A DNA stretch of 64,000 bases, from positions 45 through 64,044 of the forward strand of contig SIBE01000001.1 in the NCBI GenBank assembly GCA_009695265.1, given 5' to 3'. The stretch is from Pedosphaera sp. Its GTDB lineage: Bacteria; Verrucomicrobiota; Verrucomicrobiia; Limisphaerales; SIBE01. This document shows, piece by piece, positions 26,452 to 34,869 of the stretch. The translations under genes were made by a program, and so were the position numbers. Under the pieces are notes generated by a model. It searched no databases and was not told the DNA's origin. It saw nothing but the letters and a program-made list of their open reading frames with translations. Positions within the stretch are counted from its first letter, which is position 1. Every line of letters begins with the position of its first letter.

Positions 26452-27195
26452 TCATTGGGCCGGGCTCCGAATATAGCCACCAAACTTCCAGTCGTTCCCG
26501 ACACGCTTCATCGAAACCTTCTCAGGCCGGTTCACTCCTTCCACGAAGACGTCCATTGTCACCTCATTGGCCGAAACTGTCTGTTGCCCCAGAATTCGCA
26601 TACCGGTAATAACCGAAACATCCTGCTGATGCTTCGCGGCAATCTCGGCCTCAGACTTGTTCTGCCAGCTCTTGGCCATGCGCAACTGTTCTTCCGGCGA
26701 GAGGCTGTCCAGATAGGTCTTGGGATTACCCTCACGCATTGCCCAGATCGCAGACATGAGCGATGCCTCGGGAGTGCCGTAGCCGGCGAAGGACCAAGCC
26801 TGTTTTGGAAACGATTTGCCAGCGTTTTCAACCTTAGGAGCCGGTGCCGCCACTGGTGGTCTGCTGCCGGCTGTCCGAAGTTGCTGGTTTTCGGATCGAA
26901 GCTGTTGATTTTCGCCCCGGAGCTTCTCCGAGTCCTTAGCGGTCGGTCGTAACTGTGCGACTTCGTTCCGGAGCTTGTGGACTTCCTGTGCGTCGGACCG
27001 TAAGCGCTGCATCTCTTGATCGCGCTTCTTTGATTCGGCTTCAGCCGTCGCGGCATTGTGCTGGTTCGCTTCCTGAAGCTCGACGCGCAGTGCGGTGATT
27101 TCGGCCTGCAATTGCCCGGCCTTTTTCCAGCCCGCCACCGCCGCCGCCAACGCGGCAACGAACACCAGCCCTGTTATCAATCGAATGGGTTTCAT
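26452..27195 (-). CDS. Membrane-anchored coiled-coil protein, function unknown
   Basis: 247 aa. N-terminal TM helix (ITGLVFVAALAAAVAGW), heptad-rich coiled coil (LQAEITALRVELQEANQ ... ENQQLRSENQQLR) and a globular C-terminal domain. Coding support is ORF length and a frame without competition from a better ORF. I recognise no family. Confidence 0.55.
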   Translation of the reverse strand: MKPIRLITGLVFVAALAAAVAGWKKAGQLQAEITALRVELQEANQHNAATAEAESKKRDQEMQRLRSDAQEVHKLRNEVAQLRPTAKDSEKLRGENQQLRSENQQLRTAGSRPPVAAPAPKVENAGKSFPKQAWSFAGYGTPEASLMSAIWAMREGNPKTYLDSLSPEEQLRMAKSWQNKSEAEIAAKHQQDVSVITGMRILGQQTVSANEVTMDVFVEGVNRPEKVSMKRVGNDWKFGGYIRSPAQ

Positions 27196-27249
27196 AACGT
27201 ATGCAGCCTTGTTTTGAGGGGTGTCATCATTGTTTCGGAATGTGTGGCT

Positions 27250-28152
27250 TTAGCCAACCCAGGTGAGAGAAGTCGTTTTGCCGTCATCGGCGCGGTTGCC
27301 GCCGAACGCTCTCAACGTCAACTCCGCTCCTTCTGCCGTGAACTGGCTGTCCAGCCATCCCACCGGTTCCTTGTCCGCAAAATTGTAGCCTATAGCGGGG
27401 ATGTTGATCAGATGCAGTCCATCGCGCTTCTTGTAGGAGTATTCGTGAGAGTGCCCGTAGAAGATCGCCTTCACCTTCTTGTGCTGGCCAATGATTTGGT
27501 AAAGACGCTCGACATCCAGGAGATCGTTGTCGGTCTCGCCCAACGTATGATGGACAAAGATGACGGTGGGCCGTGAGTCGGAGCTTGCGAGGAAGCCCGC
27601 CAGCCATTCGCGCTGTGCCTTGCCCAGAAAACCGGGGACCTTGTTCGGATAAAGCATCGAGTCGAGAAGGATGAAGCGGATGACTGAATGTTCGACCACC
27701 AGCACATGTTTGCCTGCCACCTTTTGGCGCGCTCCCGACGGTTCCTCGAAGATCTTTAGGAAGTTCTCGCGGTTATCGTGATTGCCGAGGGCCATGTAAA
27801 TGGGTGTCTTCTCGGCGAGTGGATTCAACGCCTTTCTTATCGCGACGTACTCTTCCAATTCGCCGGCGGAACGCGCCAGATCACCGTTCAGAATCACTCC
27901 TTGTGGTCGAGCTTCGGCAACTTGGCTCATGACCAGCTTTAAATTCTCAACGGGGAAAAACTTGCGGTTTTGGAATTGTGGATCGGAAGGAAAATGCGTG
28001 TCCGACAGCAAAGCCAAGTGAACAGCCTTCTGAGAAGTGGCGTCAGCCGCCATCGTCACCATTGTTCTGGCCACTGCCAATGAGGCAACTGCTTTGGAGG
28101 AGATGGTGAGAAATCTGCGCCGGTTGATCGGTTGATAAAAAATTCCAGGCAT
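27250..28152 (-). CDS. Tat-exported metallophosphoesterase (calcineurin-like)
   Basis: 300 aa. Twin-arginine leader INRRRFLTISSKAVASLAV. Metallophosphatase motifs LLSDTH, NGDLA, LGNHD and FVHH ... GHSHEY. Confidence 0.8.
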   Translation of the reverse strand: MPGIFYQPINRRRFLTISSKAVASLAVARTMVTMAADATSQKAVHLALLSDTHFPSDPQFQNRKFFPVENLKLVMSQVAEARPQGVILNGDLARSAGELEEYVAIRKALNPLAEKTPIYMALGNHDNRENFLKIFEEPSGARQKVAGKHVLVVEHSVIRFILLDSMLYPNKVPGFLGKAQREWLAGFLASSDSRPTVIFVHHTLGETDNDLLDVERLYQIIGQHKKVKAIFYGHSHEYSYKKRDGLHLINIPAIGYNFADKEPVGWLDSQFTAEGAELTLRAFGGNRADDGKTTSLTWVG

Positions 28153-28342
28153 GATCGTTTGGGGGTTTCAGGTTTCAAAAGACTTAGAGACCAAAGCTTC
28201 CGTGGATCAAGCATAATCTCCTCGCGCATTAAGGCTCCGAGCGTCTGGACACCGGTTATGTTGGCAGGCTCACGGTGAAGGTGGTTCCTCTCGTCGGTTC
28301 GCTTTGCGCGCCGATTCTGCCCCTAGCATCGTGGATCAAACG

Positions 28343-29626
28343 TCACCGTTGGGCTGGTGATCTGTTCGATGCCACATCGTGCGACCAGCGAAATGCTGTG
28401 AGTGCGTTTAGCTCGCGAATGAAGAGTTGATCGCCATCGACCGCAAGGTGCGCCCACGTCTCGGAATCCGTGATCTTGCGCTTGTCGAGCTGCTCAAACT
28501 TCTCCTTGTTAGCGCGGAACTGAAACAATTGTCTGCGCTGGTCGAGCGCGAGGATCCTGTCGCCTTGCGCAACGAGGCTCATGTATTTGCCGAAGGATTG
28601 GTCACTCGTCCATAGCTCGCGACCCGACTCCACTTCGATGGCCATCACGCGCTGGCTCTTGAGATGGTTGTAAGCTACCCCGTCGATGATAACCGGCGTG
28701 CTCATGTATCCTTGCGCTTTGTGCTTCCACGCTTCAGTGACGGTGAACTTACCGTCCGCGTGCGCGACCTTAAAGCCGATCGTCTTCCCGCCGTAGGTGC
28801 TAGAGAAAATCATGTCCTTGTAGGCGACTGGCGTGAGGATATTCATACCGCGAAAGGCTTCGACAGGTTGCTCCCACAGCACTTTGCCGTCTGCCGGGTC
28901 CACGCCTGCAAGCTTCTCCCGAGTCTGCGCCACAAGCTGCCTCCTGCCGGCCAGTTCGGCGAACATCGGCGACGAAAAGACGCTGCCCCACATGCCTCCC
29001 TTGTCGGTAAGAGTGCGCCAAACCAGTTCGCCTGTGCGCTTGTTAAGCTTCACGAAGCTTGCGGCGGCTTGGACATAAACGAATTCGCCGTCAACGAGCG
29101 GCGAGCAGACAAAGCCGAAGTCCGGAAGTGGCGCGTCAAGCCTCTTCACAAAATCGAACCGCCAGCGTTCTTGGCCGGTTTGCACGTCGAGGCACACGAG
29201 CAGATCGCGCATCCCGGCGACAAAGAGACTTTCGCCATCACAAGCCGGCGTGGCGCGAATCCAGTCGCCGTTCGACTTCGCAAAGAAAGGCACAGTCATC
29301 GCCCCTTCCCACTGCGCGGTCCAAAGTTGCTTCCCTGTGTTGCGATCGAATGCAGTTACCACTTCGAATTTCTTGTCCTTCGATTCCGTCGTGAAAACGC
29401 GGTCCGTGGCGACGATAGGTCCTGAGTAGCTCGGCCTCAGATCGACGCGCCAGAGTTGACGCATGTGATTCGTGTCGAGATTCTGCGGCCAGGCTGGTCC
29501 GGTGAATTGGCCGTCCCGATTCGGCCCGCGCCACTGGGACCAGTTCGATTGCGCGGTCGCAGCGGATAGACCGCCAAGTGTGAGTGCTATGAGTAGAAAG
29601 ACCACAGCGGGGTTACGGATTCTCAT
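28343..29626 (-). CDS. Secreted PQQ-like (BamB/YxaL-type) beta-propeller repeat protein
   Basis: 427 aa. Signal peptide (FLLIALTLGGLSAATAQ) followed by NWSQWRGPNRDG. Repeated blades of the type V.A.D..TGK.LW (AFDRNTGKQLW, LDVQTGQERW, LNKRTGELVW, VDPADGKVLW, IEVESGRELW). Confidence 0.8.
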   Translation of the reverse strand: MRIRNPAVVFLLIALTLGGLSAATAQSNWSQWRGPNRDGQFTGPAWPQNLDTNHMRQLWRVDLRPSYSGPIVATDRVFTTESKDKKFEVVTAFDRNTGKQLWTAQWEGAMTVPFFAKSNGDWIRATPACDGESLFVAGMRDLLVCLDVQTGQERWRFDFVKRLDAPLPDFGFVCSPLVDGEFVYVQAAASFVKLNKRTGELVWRTLTDKGGMWGSVFSSPMFAELAGRRQLVAQTREKLAGVDPADGKVLWEQPVEAFRGMNILTPVAYKDMIFSSTYGGKTIGFKVAHADGKFTVTEAWKHKAQGYMSTPVIIDGVAYNHLKSQRVMAIEVESGRELWTSDQSFGKYMSLVAQGDRILALDQRRQLFQFRANKEKFEQLDKRKITDSETWAHLAVDGDQLFIRELNALTAFRWSHDVASNRSPAQR

Positions 29627-29724
29627 GGAGAGTTGCGGTTGGCATCTCGGAATGCTTTGGGTTGGTTGTGCGGTTTCGATGGAGGAGGCGGAGAGCAGGG
29701 TGCTCTCCGCCCTGGCAGGAGCGC

Positions 29725-30219
29725 TCAGTTCGGCAGCACTACGGTGTCGATGACGTGAATGACGCCGTTGCTCGCGGCCACGTCGGTCTTGAGGACCTTG
29801 GCGTTGTCCACGGTGACGGCACCGACGGTGACTTTCACGTCGAGCGACTGACCGTTCACGGTCTTGGCCTTCATCGTCTTGACGTCTGCGGCCATGACCT
29901 TGCCGGCCACGACGTGGTAGGTGAGGATGGCGACGAGCTTGGCCTTGTTCTCAGGCTTGAGCAGGTCTTCCACCGTGCCCTTGGGGAGCTTGGCGAAGGC
30001 TTCGTCGGTCGGCGCGAAGACAGTGAACGGCCCGGGGCCTTGTAGGGTCTCTACGAGTCCGGCGGCTTTCACGGCAGCGACCAGAGTGTTGAAGCTGCCG
30101 TTGCCGGCGGCCACAGCCACGATGTCTTTGCCCGTGACCTTGGTGTCAGCCTGCGCGACTCCCAAGAAGCTGGATGTGGCGAAGATTGCGGTGAGGGTGA
30201 GGATGAGGATGGATTTCAT
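29725..30219 (-). CDS. Secreted fasciclin (FAS1) domain protein
   Basis: Start placed at the internal ATG (30219), which gives the signal peptide [27 protein letters not shown]1 motifs: [36 protein letters not shown] and [11 protein letters not shown]. Confidence 0.88.
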   Translation of the reverse strand: MKSILILTLTAIFATSSFLGVAQADTKVTGKDIVAVAAGNGSFNTLVAAVKAAGLVETLQGPGPFTVFAPTDEAFAKLPKGTVEDLLKPENKAKLVAILTYHVVAGKVMAADVKTMKAKTVNGQSLDVKVTVGAVTVDNAKVLKTDVAASNGVIHVIDTVVLPN

Positions 30220-30393
30220 GGTTCGTACGGAATGTTTTGGTGTTTGTTTTGGTGTGAACTCGGACGACCACCGCAAAGTGAGTCGGCTTGGCGAACCGGC
30301 ATTCGATGAGCCAGCGCCGGGGGACGTTTGCGTTTGGTTTCCGATGTTCAGGTTTTGTTTTCATGTTCAGCTTGCTGCCAAGCAGCATCGAAC

Positions 30394-30448
30394 TTGTGAA
30401 CATTATGTCTAATTATTGTTTCGATGTCAATATATTGTCTCGAATTGT
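30394..30448. promoter_or_regulatory. Candidate CarH/LitR-type operator: tandem 11-bp repeats matching nTGTnnAnnTn (reverse complement of nAnnTnnACAn)
   Basis: TGT triplets occur at 30395, 30406, 30417, 30425, 30436 and 30446.
- Units 30394-30404 and 30405-30415 fit nTGTnnAnnTn perfectly. Unit 30416-30426 fits partially.
- A near-duplicate 19-mer occurs twice: ATGTCTAATTATTGTTTCG (30405-30423) and ATGTCAATATATTGTCTCG (30424-30442).
- The site lies mid-way in the 362-bp divergent intergenic region between the fasciclin gene and the MerR/B12 regulator.
- A second 11-bp-spaced TGT pair lies at 30560 and 30571, just before the regulator ATG. Confidence 0.4.
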
Positions 30449-30581
30449 TATTGAGGCAGCGATGCTTGGCTTTTTGTGGGCAAAACAAGCCTATTATGTA
30501 GTGGTGTTAGAGCACTTCTCGAATTCCAGTAAATCGCCGCTTGCAAAATGACGCCAACTTGTCACAATCCTGTCTAGTTAT

Positions 30582-31526
30582 ATGGCTGAAGCCCATCAAG
30601 CAATCAAAGTAGTCGCCCGGCGCACCGGGTTGAGCGCGCACGTCATTCGGATTTGGGAGAAACGCTACGGCGCCGTGGAACCGGAGCGCACCGTCACGAA
30701 CCGTCGTCTTTATTCCGACGAGCAAATCGAAAGGTTGAGCCTGCTCCGCGAGATCACGCAGAACGGACACAGTATCGGTCACGTCGCGAAACTGCCGGCG
30801 GAGAGGCTGCGTGAGCTCGCCAAGGAATCCCACGGCACGAACAGCCGCGCTTCTCGCGCACCGACCGCGGCCCCGACAACTCCGACCTTCCTCGATGAAT
30901 GCGTCGTGGCGGTGAAGTCACTCGAGGGCCGCGCGCTGGACGACGCGCTGAAACGAGCCGCGACAGAACTAGGCGCACATGGGCTGCTGCAACGCGTGGT
31001 CGCCCCGCTCGCGCAGAGCATCGGCGAGTTGTGGCGCGACGGCACCATCACAGCCGCGCACGAGCATTTCGCCACCGCAGTCATTCGGATTTTCCTGGGC
31101 CATGCCGCCAAGCCCTTCGTCTCAACGGACAGCGCGCCCGTGCTGGTGGTGACGACCCCAGCGGGACAGATTCACGAACTCGGCGCGCTGCTCGTCGGCG
31201 CGGCGGCGGCGAACCTTGGCTGGCACGTCACCTATCTCGGGGCGAGCCTGCCGGCGGCGGAGATCGCCGGTGCCGCGCGGCAAAATCGCGCGCGCGCCGT
31301 GGCCTTGAGCCTCGTCTATCCTGAAGACGATCCGCGATTGGAGGGCGAACTGACGCGGTTGCGCGAGCTGCTACCGACCGAAGTTGCGCTCCTCGTCGGT
31401 GGACGAGCCATGCCCGCCTACCGCGACGCCTTGGAAAAAACCGGGGCGACCCAGCTGACAGACCTCGCGGACTTATGCGCGACACTCGACGACTTGCGCA
31501 AACCCGCGAAGAAACCCAGACGATGA
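30582..31526 (+). CDS. MerR-family transcriptional regulator with C-terminal cobalamin-binding domain (CarH/LitR-type B12-dependent photoreceptor candidate)
   Basis: 314 aa. MerR HTH: IKVVARRTGLSAHVIRIWEKRYGAV. Exact Wx9EH motif WRDGTITAAHEH (Trp nt 31032-31034, Glu-His nt 31062-31067). B12-binding Rossmann VLVVTTPAGQIHELGALLV (His nt 31173-31175) ... LLVGG. Confidence 0.85.
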   Translation: MAEAHQAIKVVARRTGLSAHVIRIWEKRYGAVEPERTVTNRRLYSDEQIERLSLLREITQNGHSIGHVAKLPAERLRELAKESHGTNSRASRAPTAAPTTPTFLDECVVAVKSLEGRALDDALKRAATELGAHGLLQRVVAPLAQSIGELWRDGTITAAHEHFATAVIRIFLGHAAKPFVSTDSAPVLVVTTPAGQIHELGALLVGAAAANLGWHVTYLGASLPAAEIAGAARQNRARAVALSLVYPEDDPRLEGELTRLRELLPTEVALLVGGRAMPAYRDALEKTGATQLTDLADLCATLDDLRKPAKKPRR

Positions 31527-31732
31527 AACCGTTGCTTTCTCCCAATATAGACAACAAAGGCAGACTCGTTCGCGGGTTCGGTGCCCTCGGGTTGTTTGTC
31601 GGCGCGTGGTTCGTCTTCCAGCGTCTGCCGTGGCTCGGCGTCGTGCTCGGTGCTTCCGGCGGCTTCGTGCTATTTGAAGCTTTGCGTGGCTGGTGCGCGC
31701 TGCGGGCGTGCGGCATCAAGACCAAGCTTTAA
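31523..31732 (+). CDS. DUF2892 (YgaP-like) small membrane protein
   Basis: Start placed at ATG 31523, which overlaps the regulator TGA stop (ATGA). The 69-aa product is MKPLLSPNIDNKGRLVRGFGALGLFVGAWFVF...GGFVLFEALRGWCALRACG, the typical two-helix DUF2892 pattern with a C-terminal WC..R.CG. Confidence 0.75.
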   Translation: MKPLLSPNIDNKGRLVRGFGALGLFVGAWFVFQRLPWLGVVLGASGGFVLFEALRGWCALRACGIKTKL

Positions 31733-31743
31733 GGATTGCCTGC

Positions 31744-32208
31744 GTGCAAGAGTTTGCTTTTCACGCGGAGCTTTGGCTTCCACGCTCGCGCCATGAGGTG
31801 GTCCAGTTTTTCGCCGACGCGCAAAACTTGGAGACTCTTACGCCCTCGTGGCTCAAATTTAATGTCCTTACCCCCGCGCCTATCCAGATGCGCACTGGCA
31901 CGCTGATCGACTTCAAGTTGCGTGTGCATGGCCTTCCTTTCCGCTGGCAAAGTGAGATCACTTTATGGGATCCACCACATCGGTTCATCGATGAACAGCG
32001 GCGTGGACCGTACCGCCTTTGGATTCACGAGCACCGCTTCGAGGAAAGGGATTCTGGCACGCTCTGTGTGGATCACGTCCGCTACGCCGTCTTGGGTGGC
32101 TGGCTCGTTGAAAATTGTTTCGTCCGGCGCGACGTCGAGCGCATCTTTGCTTTCCGGAGGGAAAGGCTGCTCGAACTCTTCGCCGGAAAAGGGGCAAGTG
32201 CGAACTGA
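31744..32208 (+). CDS. SRPBCC (START/polyketide-cyclase-like) superfamily protein
   Basis: Start placed at GTG 31744, 11 nt after the DUF2892 stop; the listed ORF start at 31693 would overlap that gene. FAFHAELWLPRSRHEVVQFFADAQNLETLTPSWLKF ... GPYRLWIHEHRFE matches the conserved SRPBCC family often annotated as cyclase/dehydrase-like. Confidence 0.75.
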   Translation: MQEFAFHAELWLPRSRHEVVQFFADAQNLETLTPSWLKFNVLTPAPIQMRTGTLIDFKLRVHGLPFRWQSEITLWDPPHRFIDEQRRGPYRLWIHEHRFEERDSGTLCVDHVRYAVLGGWLVENCFVRRDVERIFAFRRERLLELFAGKGASAN

Positions 32209-32447
32209 GCCGATCTAACAGCCCTTCGTGCCGTAAGCTGGGCTCATTGAAGCGCGTCGTCTCTGCTCCTTTTCACCCTTTCTCGTAAACCTATTCATCC
32301 TTACCGACGAACTCCTTCGACTTCCCATGTCAGATGCGAGAGCGAATGGCCCGGGAGATGAATGGAGAGCGGGTTCATGTTTTGAAAATCTGTCTGGAGC
32401 CCCGTTCATTCATGCTGCGTTAATGTGGCTTCGCGTAATGTGTTCCG

Positions 32448-34861
32448 ATGAAAACCGATCTTGCGGCCAGGACAAATGATTTCCCTCTCTCTCAGGGTCG
32501 AAGGATGATGAATGCCGTCGCCATCATTATGGGTGCTGCGTTTACTTTGCTGTTCAGCCTCCCGGCCGCTGCGCACGAGTGGCAACGGCATGACGATCCG
32601 CAGCTTGCCAGCGCCCCGTTCTTATCGCCCTACGCCACCGGGCCGAAGCCGGGCGCGGTGAAGTTACTCGCCTCCGCGAAGGGTTTTCCTGCAGCGGGGA
32701 GCGATGTGGGTGCGAAAGCGTCTCTATCGCTCGCACCTTCGTTCGCGCCGATCACCTTGGGCGCGGCCAACCTGTATGCGCAGACGTTCCTGAAGTTTAA
32801 TCCGTCCGTCCGCTTTTGGTGGGACACCACCAGTTTCCACGTCGAGTCCGACAGCATTCCGGCGCACAATTTGATGGAGGGCATCTCTTCGTGGCAGCGG
32901 CAGATTCCAATTCCGATTTATTATTTCGGCACGAACGCCTGGTGCCTGCCGCTCTATCCGGTGCCAGCGAATACGCCTTATCTCATCACGCCGACCACGT
33001 TCACTCGCGGCGCGATAGCGCTGGCGGCCAATGGCATCCCGATCTTCAACCCCTACAACAACACCGGTCGGGCCTCCGCGCTGATCGGTGAACTCGACCA
33101 GTTTGGCGGCCACTGCGGACGCGCGGACGATTACCATTACCACGTGGCGCCGTTGCATCTGACGAACCTGCTCGGGTTCGCGCTGCCGGTCGCCTTCGCG
33201 CTGGATGGATATCCGATTTACGGGCTGACCGAACCCACAGGGCGGCAATTGCAAATCTGGATTCTCTCCACGGTCACACGAATGGCACCGGCAGCTACCA
33301 CTATCATGCGAGCCTCAGCCTACCGTATCTCAACGCCGGCTTTCACGGCACGGTCGCCTACGTCGGTGGCCAGGTGGACCCGCAACCGTCAGCCGGTGGC
33401 ATTCGACCCGCTGGCACGCCTCTCGCCGGCGCGTTCATCCAGATCTTCACGAACCTCGCGCCGGATCAATTCCAGATGTTCTTCAGCGTGCCGTCCAACG
33501 CGCCGCTCGTGACGGTGCAGCCGGCGAACAAGTCGAAGGCGCTGGGCGCAACCGCAACCTTCACGCTGAGCGCGGCGGGTCTTGGCACGCTGGCCTATCA
33601 GTGGTTCAAGGACGGTGTGGAAATGAGCGACGGCGGTGGCATCTCAGGCGTGAACACCACCACGCTCACCATCGCGAATGTGCAGAACTCAGATGTGGCG
33701 AGTTACTCGGCTGTCGTTACGAACGTTATCGGCAACACGTTGAGCGCGTCCGCCGTGCTGACGGTTAGCGGCGCGCGTTCGATCAGTCAGGGACGCGCCA
33801 TCACGGTCACGAGCAATCTTTACCCCGCTGGCCAGCGCGTCAGCGGCGTGGGCAGCATCACGGCTCTCGACGGGACCCTTTGGACCGTTCCGTCGGCGAC
33901 GCCGTTCGCCACCTCGCCGAAGGCTCCGGACCTCTACAACGAAACCGTCGCAGTGACGCCAACGAACATCGCGGCGGTCAATCTCAACGCGGTGCCCATT
34001 GTCGAGATTGATCCCGATGGCGAGGTCATCACGAGTTACCTTTTCGGCGAAAACTATTTTGAACTCTATGTGAACGGCGTTCTCGTTGGCGTGGACCCGG
34101 TGCCCTACACGCCGTTCAATTCGTGCGTCGTAAAATTCAAGGCCAAACGCCCGATCACGTATGTGGTGCGGTTGGTGGACTGGGAGGAAAATCTCGGCCT
34201 CGGCACGGAACTTAATGGCGGCGATCCCAAGCACGCTGGCGACGGCGGCTTCATCGCAAGCTTCAGCGACGGCACAGTCACCGGCCCGAGTTGGAAGGCC
34301 CAGAGCTTCTACATCGCGCCGCTCGACAATCCCAACCTCGTCGTCGAAATGCCGGACGGAAGCCACAATTCGTCGGCGGCTTCCACGACGACGACGCTGG
34401 GCACCAACGCGTATGCCCTCCACTACCTCGTGCCGCCGGACTGGTATTCGAAGTCGTTCAACCACTCCAACTGGCCCGCGGCGACGACTTTCACGGAGGC
34501 GCAGGTCGGCGTGAACAACCAATGGGCCTATCTGAATTTCCCCGCACAGTTCAGCGCCAGCGGCGCGCAGTTCATCTGGTCGCCGAACCTCGTCCTCGAC
34601 AATGAAGTCATTGTCCGCTTCACCGGCCCGGCTTCGAGCAACACCGCGCCGGCGTTCATCGCGCTCGCCACCAACCGCTACGTGATCAACGGCGGTGCCA
34701 CGATCTCCGTCACCAACGCGGCGACCGATGCCGACCTCCCGGCGCAGTCACTCACGTACAGCCTGCTCACCGCTCCCGTCGGCGCGACGATCAATTCCAG
34801 CAACGGCGTGGTGAACTGGATCACGACGACGAACAGCTTCACAGTGTTCTTGGGTCGCTGA
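32448..34861 (+). pseudogene. Secreted YHYH-domain / Ig-like (I-set) / cadherin-like repeat protein, reading frame broken by an apparent 1-nt deletion near 33240
   Basis: Frame 0 (32448-33512) carries a signal peptide (MMNAVAIIMGAAFTLLFSLPAAA) and the first YHYH motif (GHCGRADDYHYHVAP ... LDGYPIYG). The expected continuation LDSLHGHTNGTGSYHYHASLSLPYLNAGFHG is in frame 2, which is open from 33092 and is listed as ORF 33374-34861. An Ig-like domain (FTLSAAGLGTLAYQWFKDG...YSAVVTN) and a cadherin-like repeat follow downstream. The switch point is bracketed to 33225-33257, with a GGG run at 33240-33242. Confidence 0.6.
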
Positions 34862-34869
34862 AGCCGAAC

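Noticed and set aside
26880-26925. 21-bp tandem repeat encoding ENQQLRS-ENQQLR in the coiled-coil protein.
   Set aside because: It has only two copies and is simply the heptad periodicity of a coiled coil, not an independent repeat element.
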